Of a stretch of DNA of 39,652 bases, positions 12,401 through 22,856 are shown piece by piece (positions within the stretch are counted from its first letter, which is position 1; every line of letters begins with the position of its first letter). The notes beneath the pieces were generated by a model. That model made no database searches. It saw only the letters and a list, made by a program, of their open reading frames with translations, and was not told the DNA's origin. The translations under genes were made by a program, and so were the position numbers. Origin of the DNA: Nemertoderma westbladi (taxonomy: Eukaryota; Animalia; Xenacoelomorpha); the NCBI GenBank assembly GCA_032718475.1, contig JAUCBJ010005757.1:1-39652 (forward strand). Reading direction: 5' to 3'.

Positions 12401-13668
12401 TTGTATAAAAACTTACTTATTGGTCTATATACTTACAGATACATTGGTGTATAATAACTTACAGATACACTCAATGGTGTATAAAAACTTATCGATACAC
12501 TGGTGTATATTAACTTACAGATACACTCACTGGTGTATAAAAACATACAGATACACTGGTGTATAATAACTTACAGATATACTGGGTCTATAAAAACTTA
12601 CAGATACACTGGTGTATAAAAACTCGCAGATACACTCACTGGTGTATAAAAACATACAGATACACTGGTGTATAATAACTTACAGATACACTCAATGGTG
12701 TATAAAAACTTACCGATACACTGGTGCATATTAACTTACAGATACACTCACTGGTGTATAAAAACATACAGATACACTGGTGTATAATAACTTACAGATA
12801 TACTGGTCTATAAAACCTTACCAATACACTGGTGTATAAAAACTTACAGATACACTGGTGTATAAAAACTTGCAGATATACTGGGTCTATAAATACTTAC
12901 AGATACACTGGTGTTTAAAACTTACAGATACACTGGTGTATAATAACTTACAGATACACTCACTGGTGTATAAAAACATACAGATACACTGGTGTATAAT
13001 AACTTACAGATACACTCAATGATGTATAAAAACTACCGATGCACTGGTGTATAATAACTTACAGATACACTCACTGGTGTATAAAAACATACAGATACAA
13101 TGGTGTATAATAACTTACAGATACACTCAATGGTGTATAAAAACTTACCGATACACTGGTGTATAATAACTTACAAATACACTCACTGGTGTATAAAAAC
13201 TTACAGATACACTGGTGTATAATAACTTACAGATATACTGGGTCTATAAATACTTACAGATACACTGGTGTATAATAACTTACAGATATACTGGTCTATA
13301 AAACCTTACCGGATACACTGGTGTATAAAACCGTACCGGATACACTGGTGTATAAAAACTTACAGATACACTGGTGTATAAAAACTTGCAGATATACTGG
13401 GTCTATAAATACTTACAGATACACAGGTGTATAATAACTTACAGATACACTGGTCTATAAAACCTTACCGATACACTGGTGTATAAAACTTACTGATACA
13501 CTGGTGTATAAAAAACGATAAAAACTTACAGATACACTCACTGGTGTTTAAAACTTACAGATACACTGGTGTATAAAAACTTACCTATTGGTCTATATAC
13601 TTACAGATACATTGGTGTATAATAACTTACAGATATACAGGTGTATAAAAACTTACCGATACACTGGT
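6490..13668. repeat. 7.2-kb satellite of 26/30-bp units derived from the exon 2 donor junction
   Basis: Unit TAAAAACTTACAGATACACTGGTGTA, with a +CTCA variant; roughly 260 copies. In gene sense it reads ACACCAGTGTATC(T/G)|GTAAGT, matching the exon 2 end ATACCAGTGTATCG|GTAAGT. Confidence 0.97.
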
Positions 13669-13776
13669 ATATCCCACATCGTTATACATCTGTTCGGTTG
13701 TTGAATCAACTCCGTAACTCCCATCGAATGTGAACATCTTCGATAGTTCACCCTTCTTATCATCCTTGTTCCTAAT
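13657..13776 (-). CDS. KIF17: Kinesin-2 (KIF17/OSM-3-like) coding exon 2
   Basis: tttgttag acceptor and TCG|GTAAGT donor. Length 120 nt, phase 0/0. Translates IRNKDDKKGELSKMFTFDGSYGVDSTTEQMYNDVGYTSVS; the FTFDGxY...TEQxYN motif resembles KIF17. Not present as such in the ORF track. Confidence 0.9.
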
Positions 13777-13864
13777 CTAACAAAATAAATAGTTGTACCG
13801 ACGGATAATTTTATAAGTTGCGTTGCGATGCGAATTGCCGACTGTAATAATTTTACGATCATCT

Positions 13865-14283
13865 AAACAATACCGAACTTACCCCACAAATCCCGCCATC
13901 TCGGTCACAAACAATACCGAACTTACCGCACAAATCCCGCCATCTCGGTCACAAACAATACCGAACTTACCGCACAAATCCCGCCATCTCGGTCACAAAC
14001 AATACCGAACTTACCGCACAAATCCCGCCATCACGGTCACAAACAATACCGAACTTACCGCACAAATCCCGCCATCACGGTCACAAACAATACCGAACTT
14101 ACCGCACAAATCCCGCCATCACGGTCACAAACAATACCGAACTTACCGCACAAATCCCGCCATCACGGTCACAAACAATACCGAACTTAACGCACAAATC
14201 CCGCATCTCGATAACAAACAATACCGAACTTACCGCACAAATCCCTCCATCTCGATAACAAACAATACCGAACTTACCGCACA
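13865..14283. repeat. 44-bp tandem repeat, about 9.5 copies, at the start of intron 1; units carry TGTGCG|GTAAGT
   Basis: Unit AAACAATACCGAACTTACCGCACAAATCCCGCCATC(A/T)CGGTCAC. It begins exactly at the exon 1 donor. Confidence 0.95.
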
Positions 14284-14418
14284 TGTGCCGCGCTCCGAAT
14301 CTGTAGTGATTACGTCTTCTGTACCGGCGTTTTTTTCCCTCGCGTTCATCGGTCGACACCGGCACACCACCCGGACCGATTCCTCGTCCTTGGCGACTCC
14401 ACTCCCATTGCGCCCCAT
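14278..14418 (-). CDS. KIF17: Kinesin-2 (KIF17/OSM-3-like) coding exon 1
   Basis: ATG at 14418. Translates MGRNGSGVAKDEESVRVVCRCRPMNAREKNAGTEDVITTDSERGTCA, which carries the kinesin motor N-terminal motif V(R/K)VxxRCRP. Length 141 nt, ending at the GCG|GTAAGT donor in phase 0. Confidence 0.9.
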
Positions 14419-15111
14419 CGCCCCGGTAACAATTCGCACCACCGAGTACGAAATCAGGCTAAATAAGTTTAGAAAATTAGAACAGAATAATAAAGTTATT
14501 ATTTCATTTTCAAGCCTGTCGCAAAATGTGTAGTCTACGAAAATTGATTCAATGGGTTTTTCAACGTCAACAGTGTTTAGAGAAGAACCCCGAAATATAT
14601 TTATACCACCTAGTTTTTGCCACATTTTTAAATTTCCATTAAAAATTTTGTTTTCAAATTTTTTCAAAATTTGAAGCCTATAAATAAATGGTAAGCTTAT
14701 GTAAAATAAATTTCATAGTTTTCTATCATCAATACCAAAAAAATAACATTTTTTTTTAAACTAATTAAAACCAACTATCATTAAATTATTTTAATATAAT
14801 TAGCAAATACTAGCTACTACTCGCTCCCATAATATCACAAATGTGATGGCGTTGAACTTTATTAATCAATACAAAATAAGGTGGCATATATATAAATAAT
14901 ATTTGGAGGTCTATGTTCTCAAATCTAGTAGTCCTAATAGCTAGCTAGTAAGAAGAGTTTGCCTTCGAATTTTTCAAGAGCAAAAACTCGAGGTGTTCAT
15001 ATTGTACATGTACAATGTACGTACATGTACATATACATACTAAATGATACATTAAAAATTCCATCTTTACAATAAAATGCCAACATACCAGAGAAAATAT
15101 TCGTTGATTAA

Positions 15112-15523
15112 CTAATACTACTACTAGGTCGAGTTAAACTCGGACAGTGGAAATGAGATCCTTCCAGGCTTCCCGATTCTCCATAGTTGTCGCAATTTCG
15201 TTTATCCCAAGTTCAGTATCCCTTTCAAGTTGATCTATATATGATATAGCCGGTCGTCCACGGGTATACTTCCCATGTGTTGGTTTCCGGAGAAGTAGAT
15301 CTGGTATGACCTCGTCTATACTTCTCCAGCAGTGCCCTCTGAATCTTAATCTGCGTTTACGGAGGGTGGTTGATACTGGTAATAGTACCATAGAGCTCGG
15401 CGTTTGTCATGTGTTGTCCCCAGCTGATGTTTAGGGCTGCCCTTAGTAGTCTTGTGTAGCAATTCGTTGTTAATCGTTTTGAATTCGTTGTTCAAGTGAT
15501 TTCGTCAGTGTCCAAGTCTCACC
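15112..15523 (-). mobile_element. RTE-like LINE, 3' part (outer element, split by the Gypsy insertion)
   Basis: Translates ...ETWTLTK... and RLRFRGHCWR...GRPAISYIDQLERDT...NREAWK, a typical RTE-type ORF2 C-terminus. It ends in a (TAG)n tail at about 15112-15127. Confidence 0.8.
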
Positions 15524-16779
15524 TGTAGGGATACCATCCAGAGCGGACTCATTACTACGTGGCTCGCCCCAATATGGTAGTCCTTGTGCATACACCATTT
15601 GTGTCTACTGTTGACGGTGACACAGAACCATTTGAAGTGTTATGGGGCGTCCTCCAAGGAGACACACTTGCACCATTCTTGTTCATTATTGTGGTTGACT
15701 ATGTTCTACGCATGTCCTTAGATCATTATAATGATGATGGAGTGATGATAACTCCACCTACTGGCTCCAGAAGTCGAGGAAATCCTGCCAAGTACCTAAC
15801 TGATCTAGACTTTGCTGATGACTTAGGAGTACTCTCAGAATCATTAGAGGGAGCCCAACGGCTCCTCAGCACATTAGAACATGCTGCTTCTAGTGTTGGT
15901 CTTTTTATTAACTCCAGAAAGACCAAAATTCTGACAGTTAACTTTGAAAGTCCTCAGCAAGTCTCTGATCGGATGAGCATAAGCTCAAAGGATGGTATGC
16001 TTGAGCATGTGGACGACTTCTGTTACCTGGGATCATGGATCCGGAAGTCAGGTGAGGACCTTCGAATACGTAAGGGAAAGGCTTGGGCAGCCTTGAATAG
16101 GCTTTCCAGGATTTGGAAGTCACCGAGAATTAATCGGAAACTTAAGGTCCGATTATTTAGAGCAGCAGTAGTTCCAGTACTCCTCTATGGGAGTTCATGC
16201 TGGGCTCTAACTGCTGAGGACACCAAATCTCTGGATGGCACATTCACAAGAATGCTACGCCGGGTTCATTGTGTCAAGTATAATGCACACATCTCCGACC
16301 AGACATTATATAACATTGGAGGTGTCTCATTGGTTCCCCCAAGCTTGACACTAGAACAAAATCGCCTCCGCTTTGCAGGACATGGAGTGAATAAGCATGG
16401 TGGACAGCCCATGACTTTCTTGAGACGCATCTTAAAGGACACTGGCCTTGAAGATGCGGATGATCTAGCAAATGTCATGGGTGATAGGGAGTTGTGGCGG
16501 TGTAATTTTGTTGACAAGCCGGCACAGCATTCTTAAAAATGCAGCTGCAATGCAGCATGCCGATCCTAGTAGTAGTGCATACACCAATATACTTTCAGTA
16601 TCACGGGGTAGACAACAGTCAGACAGTGTGGGATACTGTAGGTTGTACGTTGTGTGCTGTACTGCAGTACAGTACCGCCTAGCTAACAACAGCACCACTT
16701 ACCAGTTATAATAACAATATACAAATACAATATGATTGCAGCCCGATAGTTGTATTTTCCGGCTCATCATATTACCACA
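15524..16779 (+). repeat. Gypsy 5' LTR, containing a LINE insertion
   Basis: TGTAGGGATACC...ATTACCACA. Matches the 3' LTR on both sides of a 977-bp insert. Confidence 0.93.
15598..16574 (+). mobile_element. 5'-truncated RTE-like LINE inserted in the Gypsy 5' LTR
   Basis: Open RT frame to 16536 with GVLQGDTLAPFLF, LDFADDL and FCYLGS. TAGTAGTA tail. 12-bp TSD GTGCATACACCA at 15586-15597 and 16575-16586. Confidence 0.93.
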
Positions 16780-17105
16780 TGGCACAGTGCTCAGTAACCG
16801 CTACGGAGTTCAGCAGTTGAACCGCGGGAAGTTTCCCCATCTGCCGGACCTAGTAAGCGTACTGCCTACTGCTACTACCGCACGGCGCGATGTCCACACG
16901 CAGTCAAACACATCGCCTAGATGATATCGGTACACTTTCCGATGACGAGATATTGCGAAGCACCGAACCCACTATCCAGAGCGACCTGGAACAGGTCCGC
17001 CTCCATATGGAGCAGTAGCGCGCAGAAGCTGCTCAATGCAATGCCGCTGCTGACGCCCGGGTAACGCAACTAACTCTGCTCCTTCTAAATCACCAGGATG
17101 CCGCA

Positions 17106-17997
17106 TTGCAACAACAGGCTGCTGCGGACGCGCAGATCGCGCAGCTACTCGCTGCACTCCAGGAGGGCGCAGCCCATCATGGTGGTGCAGCTCCGGTGCC
17201 CCACGCCGAGGGACCGGTTCCCATTCCACAACCACGTCGCCGCGTTATAGACCTTCAAGGACTGGAGAAGATAGACGGCGACATCGAGTTTACCTCTTTC
17301 TGTCGGTGGCACCAGGCCTGGCGGGTGCACACTCACCGCAAGCAGGCCTCAACCTTCCCGCGCAGCGAGCAGGTATATGCGCTCGTTTCTGCACTCGGGG
17401 GGGACATACAGCAGACTCTCACAGTCACTCTTGGTGTCGACATCAACCACGCTGACACCACGACCGAGTTCATCCTCGACGCCTTACAGACGCACCTCCG
17501 GTCTAAGCGCAACATTGCCATCGACGGAATTAAATTCTACAACTGGAGGCAGGGCCCGAACGAATCGTTCGATTCATTCCGGATTGCCCTCGAGGAACTC
17601 GCCGACGACGCCAAACTCTGCATTCACTGCCGGTACCAGCAGATCGTGAACCCAGATCCTCGTCGGAGTCGGGTCTTCCGAGACATGAACTGAGCTGCTG
17701 AAGGTCCTCCCCCAACCAACTCTCGAAGACTGCGTTCGTATCTGCCAGTCTTTCGAGGCGAGCGAGCGCAACGACACGATCATCGGCCGCGGTAAGCCGA
17801 TCACCAAGGTGGCATCTACCGACAAACGCAGACGCGGCCCTATCCAACAGCCGTCCACATCGCGATCATACAGTGCCGTGGGTGCGTGTCGGAACTGTGG
17901 AAGGAAGCACCCTATGGGGAGAGCGAACTGTCCCACTAAGGACGCACAGTGCAAACAATGCGGCACACTTCAAGGGGAGCTGTTGATCTGGGCCTGA
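17106..17997 (+). pseudogene. Gypsy gag (frameshifted)
   Basis: RQGPNESFDSF major-homology-like motif and zinc knuckles CRNCGRKH...C and CKQCG, split over several frames. Confidence 0.8.
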
Positions 17998-18136
17998 CTC
18001 CAGAGGTAAACCCAAAACTAAAGGGCCATCAGGGGTCAACACGATTACAGGAGGCAGAGCGACAATAAACTCAATCAGCTTCGCGTGCATTCTCCCCCGC
18101 ATAACGGTCTACGTCTTTGGCCTCAATAACGACGAG

Positions 18137-21100
18137 GTGTGCGGAAAGATCCACAACGTCCTCGCAGACAGTGGCACGGCCTCCAAAATCCTGAACCAGG
18201 ACATTTACAGTCGGATGGGCGGCAGTACCCGGGATCTCATACAGCATCCCTCCGCGGATCTACGCGCTGCCAACCACCTCCCTCTCGAAATCATGGGACT
18301 CTTTCCGGCCAGAGTCGATCTCGCCAGAAGTCGACGGGTTGATCCTCTCCTTCCAGGCAATCAATGACTTCAAACTCATCCACCCCGACTTCCCTCAACC
18401 CATCGCCTCAGTAACAGCGGTGAAGGCATCAATTGCCCTCCCATAGATCCGCACGAATCTGCTCCACGAGTTCGACAATGTTTTTGATGACTCCAACAAA
18501 CCGCTCGGCATGATGGCTGGCGATCCGATGCGGATCGAGTTGAAGGAGGGCGCGACTCCATTCCACGCCAACAGTGCACGACCGATCCCCTTCGCGTTGC
18601 GAGATGAAGTCCAGGCACAACTCTGTGAAATGGAACAGCGCGGAGTAATCGAGCGGGTCACTGAACCCACGGACTGGGCCCACCCGCTCACCGTCGCACA
18701 TAAACCCAGCGGGAAACTCTGGGTTTGCGTGGACCTCTGCCACCTAAACAACCAGGTGAAGCGGCCATACTACCCCACCCCAAGCCCGCGGGTGGCAGTA
18801 ACAGGGATTTCGACTACACTACAGCGCAGATCTTCTCTGTGTTTGATGCGGCCTCTGGCTATTGGCAGGTCCCCCTTGAGTCAACATCCCAACTCCTCAC
18901 CACATTTGTCACCCGTGGGGGCGTTACAAATATATGAGGAGTGTGACGAGACTCATTTCAAGCGGGGACGAGTTCAATCGATGATGCGCTGCGAGGCCTT
19001 CCACACATGGTAAAAGTCGTCGACGATGTGTTGCTATACAGTGACAACCTCGACGACCGCATTGCCAGTGTCCGGAAGTTCCTCCAGCGCTCCCGGGAAG
19101 CCGGCATCTCACTGAACCCCGACAAGATCCAGTTCGCCCAATACGAAGTCAAGTTTGCGGGTTACGTCGTCGGGGCTGATGGAATCAGGGCTGACCCGGC
19201 CAAGGTACGGGCCATTGCGGGTTTCCCTCAACCGACCAACATCACCGACTTGCGGAGTTTCGTCGGGTTGGTCGAGCAACTCGCCCCATTTTCAACAGAC
19301 ATTTCCTCTATGATGTCCCCTCTCTGACCCCTCCTCCGGTCCCACAACACATACCATTGGAACTCAGACCACGAGAAGGCATTCTCAGTGATGAAACGCG
19401 CCCTAGTCTCCACACCCATCCTCGCTCACTTCGAGCCTGAACTCGATACAACACTCGAGACCGACGCCTCCCGGATGAGTGGGTTGGGGTACGCTCTCCT
19501 CCAGCGGCACGGAACCGACTGGAGGCTCGGCGAGTGTGGCTCCCGTTTTATAACGGATATGGAGTCGCGCTACACGATGGTGGAGCTCGAGTTGCTCGCC
19601 ATCGCCTGGGCCACCCACAAGTGTCGCCTATACCTTGTGGGCCTCCCTCACTTCAAACTGGTGGTGAACCACCAGCTGCTGGTGTCAATCCTGGACCACC
19701 AGACTATCGACACCACGGACAACACGAGGATCCAGCAGTTGAAATCCAAACTGTCATCATATGTATTTACAACCATATGGAGGAAGGGGAAGGAACACCA
19801 CATCCCCAACGCGTTGTCCCGATCACTAGTGGACGACCCGACCTCCGACGATCATGTCGGCGACGGGGACATGGGCCACTATCTACATGCTGTGACGTCA
19901 CAGGCGGCCGACGTCATACTGTAGGACTCTGACTCGGCGGAATACAACCCCGACCACCCCCTCTGCACATTGGCAATGACGGCACATAGCGACCCCGACT
20001 ACATCGCCCTCCTCAACGCCATTCAGGCTGGGTTCCCGCCACCCTCCCGCCAACTCCTAGGAGTCCAACCCTACTGGTCCATCCGGGACAAACTCTCAGC
20101 CGACCACGACTTGGTGCTGTACGGACAGCGAATCGTGGTCCCGCAGGCCACACGATGGGAAACACTGGCTCGCCTCCACACCGCCCACCAGGGAGTCAAA
20201 AAGACTCTGCTGCGGGCCCGTCAGACCGTCTACTGGCCCGGGCTAACTAATGACATCCGGACTACCATCGCCTCATGCGAGCCGTGCATAACATGCCGGG
20301 CCAGCCTCACCAAGGAGCCACTCCTACGGGACCGCGAGGCCACATGGCCGTTCGAGAAGATCGCAGGTGATCTTTTCAAACTCAATGGCAAACACTACCT
20401 CGCCACTGCGGACCGCTACTCAGTGTGGCCCGAGGTATATGGGTACAGAAGCTACCCCACGGCCACCTCCACAGCCGCACACATCCGGGACATCTTCACC
20501 CGGTTCGGTGTCCCCACGCGTTTCGCTTCTGATGGCGGCCCACAGTTCTCGGGAAAGAACTTTACGGATTTCCTAAGTGTCTGGGGAGTCGAGCCTATCA
20601 CATCCTCCCCAGTTTACCCACAGAGTAACGGCCTTGCGGAGTCCGCTGTCAAGGCGACTAAGGTGTTACTAACTAAGACAGGGGGGAAACTGGACTCATC
20701 GTCATTCCAGGAGGGACTCCTGGAACTTCGCAACTTCCCCCGCGCCCATGGAAAGTCGCCGGCTGAGATCCTGTTTGGCCACCTGGTACGCACTCGGGTG
20801 CCTACACATAGCCGGGCTTTCCTCGCCAACCACCAGACGACCCGCACGGAGCTCGACCAGGCAGTGCCCTTGCTCCTAAAATCCCAGACAGCCACATACA
20901 ATCGTGGCGACGACCCCTACCCCCCTTAGCGGTAGAGGCACCTGTGCGGGTTCAGAACCCCACATCGAAACGTTGGGACCGCACCGGGGTCATTGTGGAA
21001 TCAAATCCCAACCGGAGGTACAGCGTTCGGACGCCTTCCAGTCGGTGTCTCACCCGCAACTGCCGCCACCTCATCCAGGACACGGCCACTGGCATCAACG

Positions 21101-21141
21101 ACGGCTCCAGCGCAGCCACAGAAGGGCGTTCACTGGGCTGA
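18137..21141 (+). pseudogene. Gypsy pol: protease, RT, RNase H, integrase (frameshifts and stops)
   Basis: PR LADSGT. RT WAHPL..., VCVD, FDAASGYWQ and VVDDVLLY. RH TDAS...ELELLAI...NALSR. IN HTAHQG...CEPC, SDGGPQF and PQSNGLAE. Confidence 0.92.
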
Positions 21142-21247
21142 CGAACAAGCCAGTGGGTCCCCCGATCAGCCACGCCACCGAAGGCAACCGCCCAATAGAC
21201 TATGATAGTTTGTGGATTGTGGGTGCACCAACAAACTAGAAAGGGGG

Positions 21248-21486
21248 TGTAGGGATACCATCCAGCCCGGACTCATTACTACGTGGCTTGCCCAAATATG
21301 GTAGTCCTTGTGAATACACCAATATACTTTCAGTATCATGGGGTAGACAACAGTCAGACAGTGTGGGATACTGTAGGTTGTACGCCTAGCTAGCAGCAGC
21401 ACCGCTTACCGGTTATAATAACAATATACAAATACAATATGATTGCAGCCCGATAGTTGTATTTTCCGGCTCATCATATTACCACA
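21248..21486 (+). repeat. Gypsy 3' LTR, 239 bp
   Basis: TGT...ACA. Differs from the 5' LTR by about 10 substitutions and one ~28-bp indel (counted by eye). Confidence 0.93.
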
Positions 21487-21491
21487 TCACC

Positions 21492-21668
21492 CCCTTATAA
21501 AAGTACACCCTCCACTGTGGATCTAAAGAACTTAGTCTTCAGGTGTTTGGAGAGATCTGATTTCCAGTGGTATCCATTTTTGATATCCATCTTTGCTTTC
21601 CTAACTTCTATGTCTTTATTGCTACTCTCTATCCATAACACAAGGTACTGGAAGTCGTCAACCTTTCA
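21492..21668 (-). mobile_element. RTE-like LINE, 5' continuation of the 15112-15523 element
   Basis: Translates KVDDFQYLVLWIESSNKDIEVRKAK...WKSDLSKHLKTKFFRSTVEGVLL*G. This joins the GETWTL segment at 15523 once the Gypsy element and one TCACC copy are removed. Confidence 0.8.
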
Positions 21669-21753
21669 TTGTTGGGCACTGATACGACATGGGTACCTAC
21701 ATTTTACTTGCAAATTTTTTCGATTTTTAGTGTTCTAGAACTTATATTTTATT

Positions 21754-22224
21754 ACTCCATCTACTTCCAACATCCCCTGTCCACCCACTCCATCTACCTC
21801 TGACATCCCCTATCCACTAACTCCATCTACCTCTGACATCCCTGTCCACCAACTCCAACTACCTCTGACATCCCATGTCCACCCGCTCCATCTACCTCTG
21901 ACATCCCCTATCCACTAACTCCATCTACCTCTGACATCCCTGTCCACCAACTCCAACTACCTCTGACATCCCATGTCCACCCACTCCATCTACCTCTGAC
22001 ATCCCATGTCCACCCACTCCATCTACCTCTGACATCCCCTGTCCACCAACTCCATCTACATCTGATATCCCTGTCTACCCACTCCATCTACCTCCAATGC
22101 TCCCTGTCCACCCACTCCATCTACCCCATCTCCTGTTCATCTACTACATCTACCTCCGACATCCCCTGTCCACCCACTCTATCTACCTCCGATATCCCCT
22201 GTTCATCTACTCCATCTACCTCCA
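21754..22224. repeat. ~32-33-bp C-rich minisatellite, about 14 copies
   Basis: Unit ACTCCATCTACCTCTGACATCCC(C)TGTCCACCC. Confidence 0.9.
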
Positions 22225-22788
22225 GAAAACCAGGCCCATCACCATTTCCGGTTAACAACTCCCTGTTCAATCTCATAGTCGTCCTGTTTCTCTTAGTCGT
22301 CCTGTTTGAATGTGCTATTATGGTGGTTAATTTCTTATTGTACCTCTATATTATCTCTCAAGGAATGTTCCAGAACATTATTTAATATCCCCAATTACGT
22401 ATTAATATACGAGTTTGCAAAACACCCCATCATTATACTCTTTAGTCAGAACACCCTATGTGCAATTGAAATATTCCCTATGTCAAATTTGCTTCTACTG
22501 GTGATAAGGCAGAAGACCCTAACACACTGTAATATGGTAGAATACGTTATCTCGTTGAGATAGGGTGTTGTGCCACATAGGTAAAACGGACAACAGCATG
22601 AGAAAGAGCACCCCCGATTTGCTCAGAATCGATCAAAACCTCAAAATGGAAAATCTTAGATAGGGTGTTCCACCTTCTGACGGCAGAATTAGGGTTAGGG
22701 TCAAATTCACTGTAGGGTTACTAGGGTTAAGGCCAGATTTCAATTAGGGTTAGCACTTTTACCCTAATCTGCTGGCAGTGCTGGATCC

Positions 22789-22856
22789 CCGAGACGCGGG
22801 CGTCGCCGAGACGCGGGCGTCGCCGAGACACGGGCGTTGCCGAGACGCGCGCATCC
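22789..22856. repeat. 17-bp GC-rich repeat, 4 copies, next to TTAGGG-like snippets
   Basis: CCGAGACGCGGGCGTCG x4. Scattered TAGGGTTA at about 22688-22752. Confidence 0.75.

Larger units (their letters stand above)
15524..21486 (+). mobile_element. Ty3/Gypsy LTR retrotransposon (Mag-like), degenerate
   Basis: TG...CA LTRs at 15524-16779 (interrupted) and 21248-21486. TSD TCACC at 15519-15523 and 21487-21491. TGG-initiated PBS at 16780 and PPT AGAAAGGGGG at 21238-21247. Domain order gag-PR-RT-RH-IN. Confidence 0.95.

Noticed and set aside
6490-13668. CRISPR array
   Set aside because: The units are head-to-tail with no unique spacers, there are no cas genes, and the array lies in a eukaryotic intron.
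13823-14667. ORF-track proteins of 236 aa (+) and 145 aa (-)
   Set aside because: The plus ORF is repeat and antisense. Only 14278-14418 of the minus ORF is kinesin-like.
15559-15597. N-terminus of the 325-aa RT ORF as a real start
   Set aside because: These codons are LTR and TSD sequence fortuitously in frame with a 5'-truncated LINE.
22688-22765. Interstitial telomere
   Set aside because: Only scattered TTAGGG-like words inside a putative transposon, with no continuous array.
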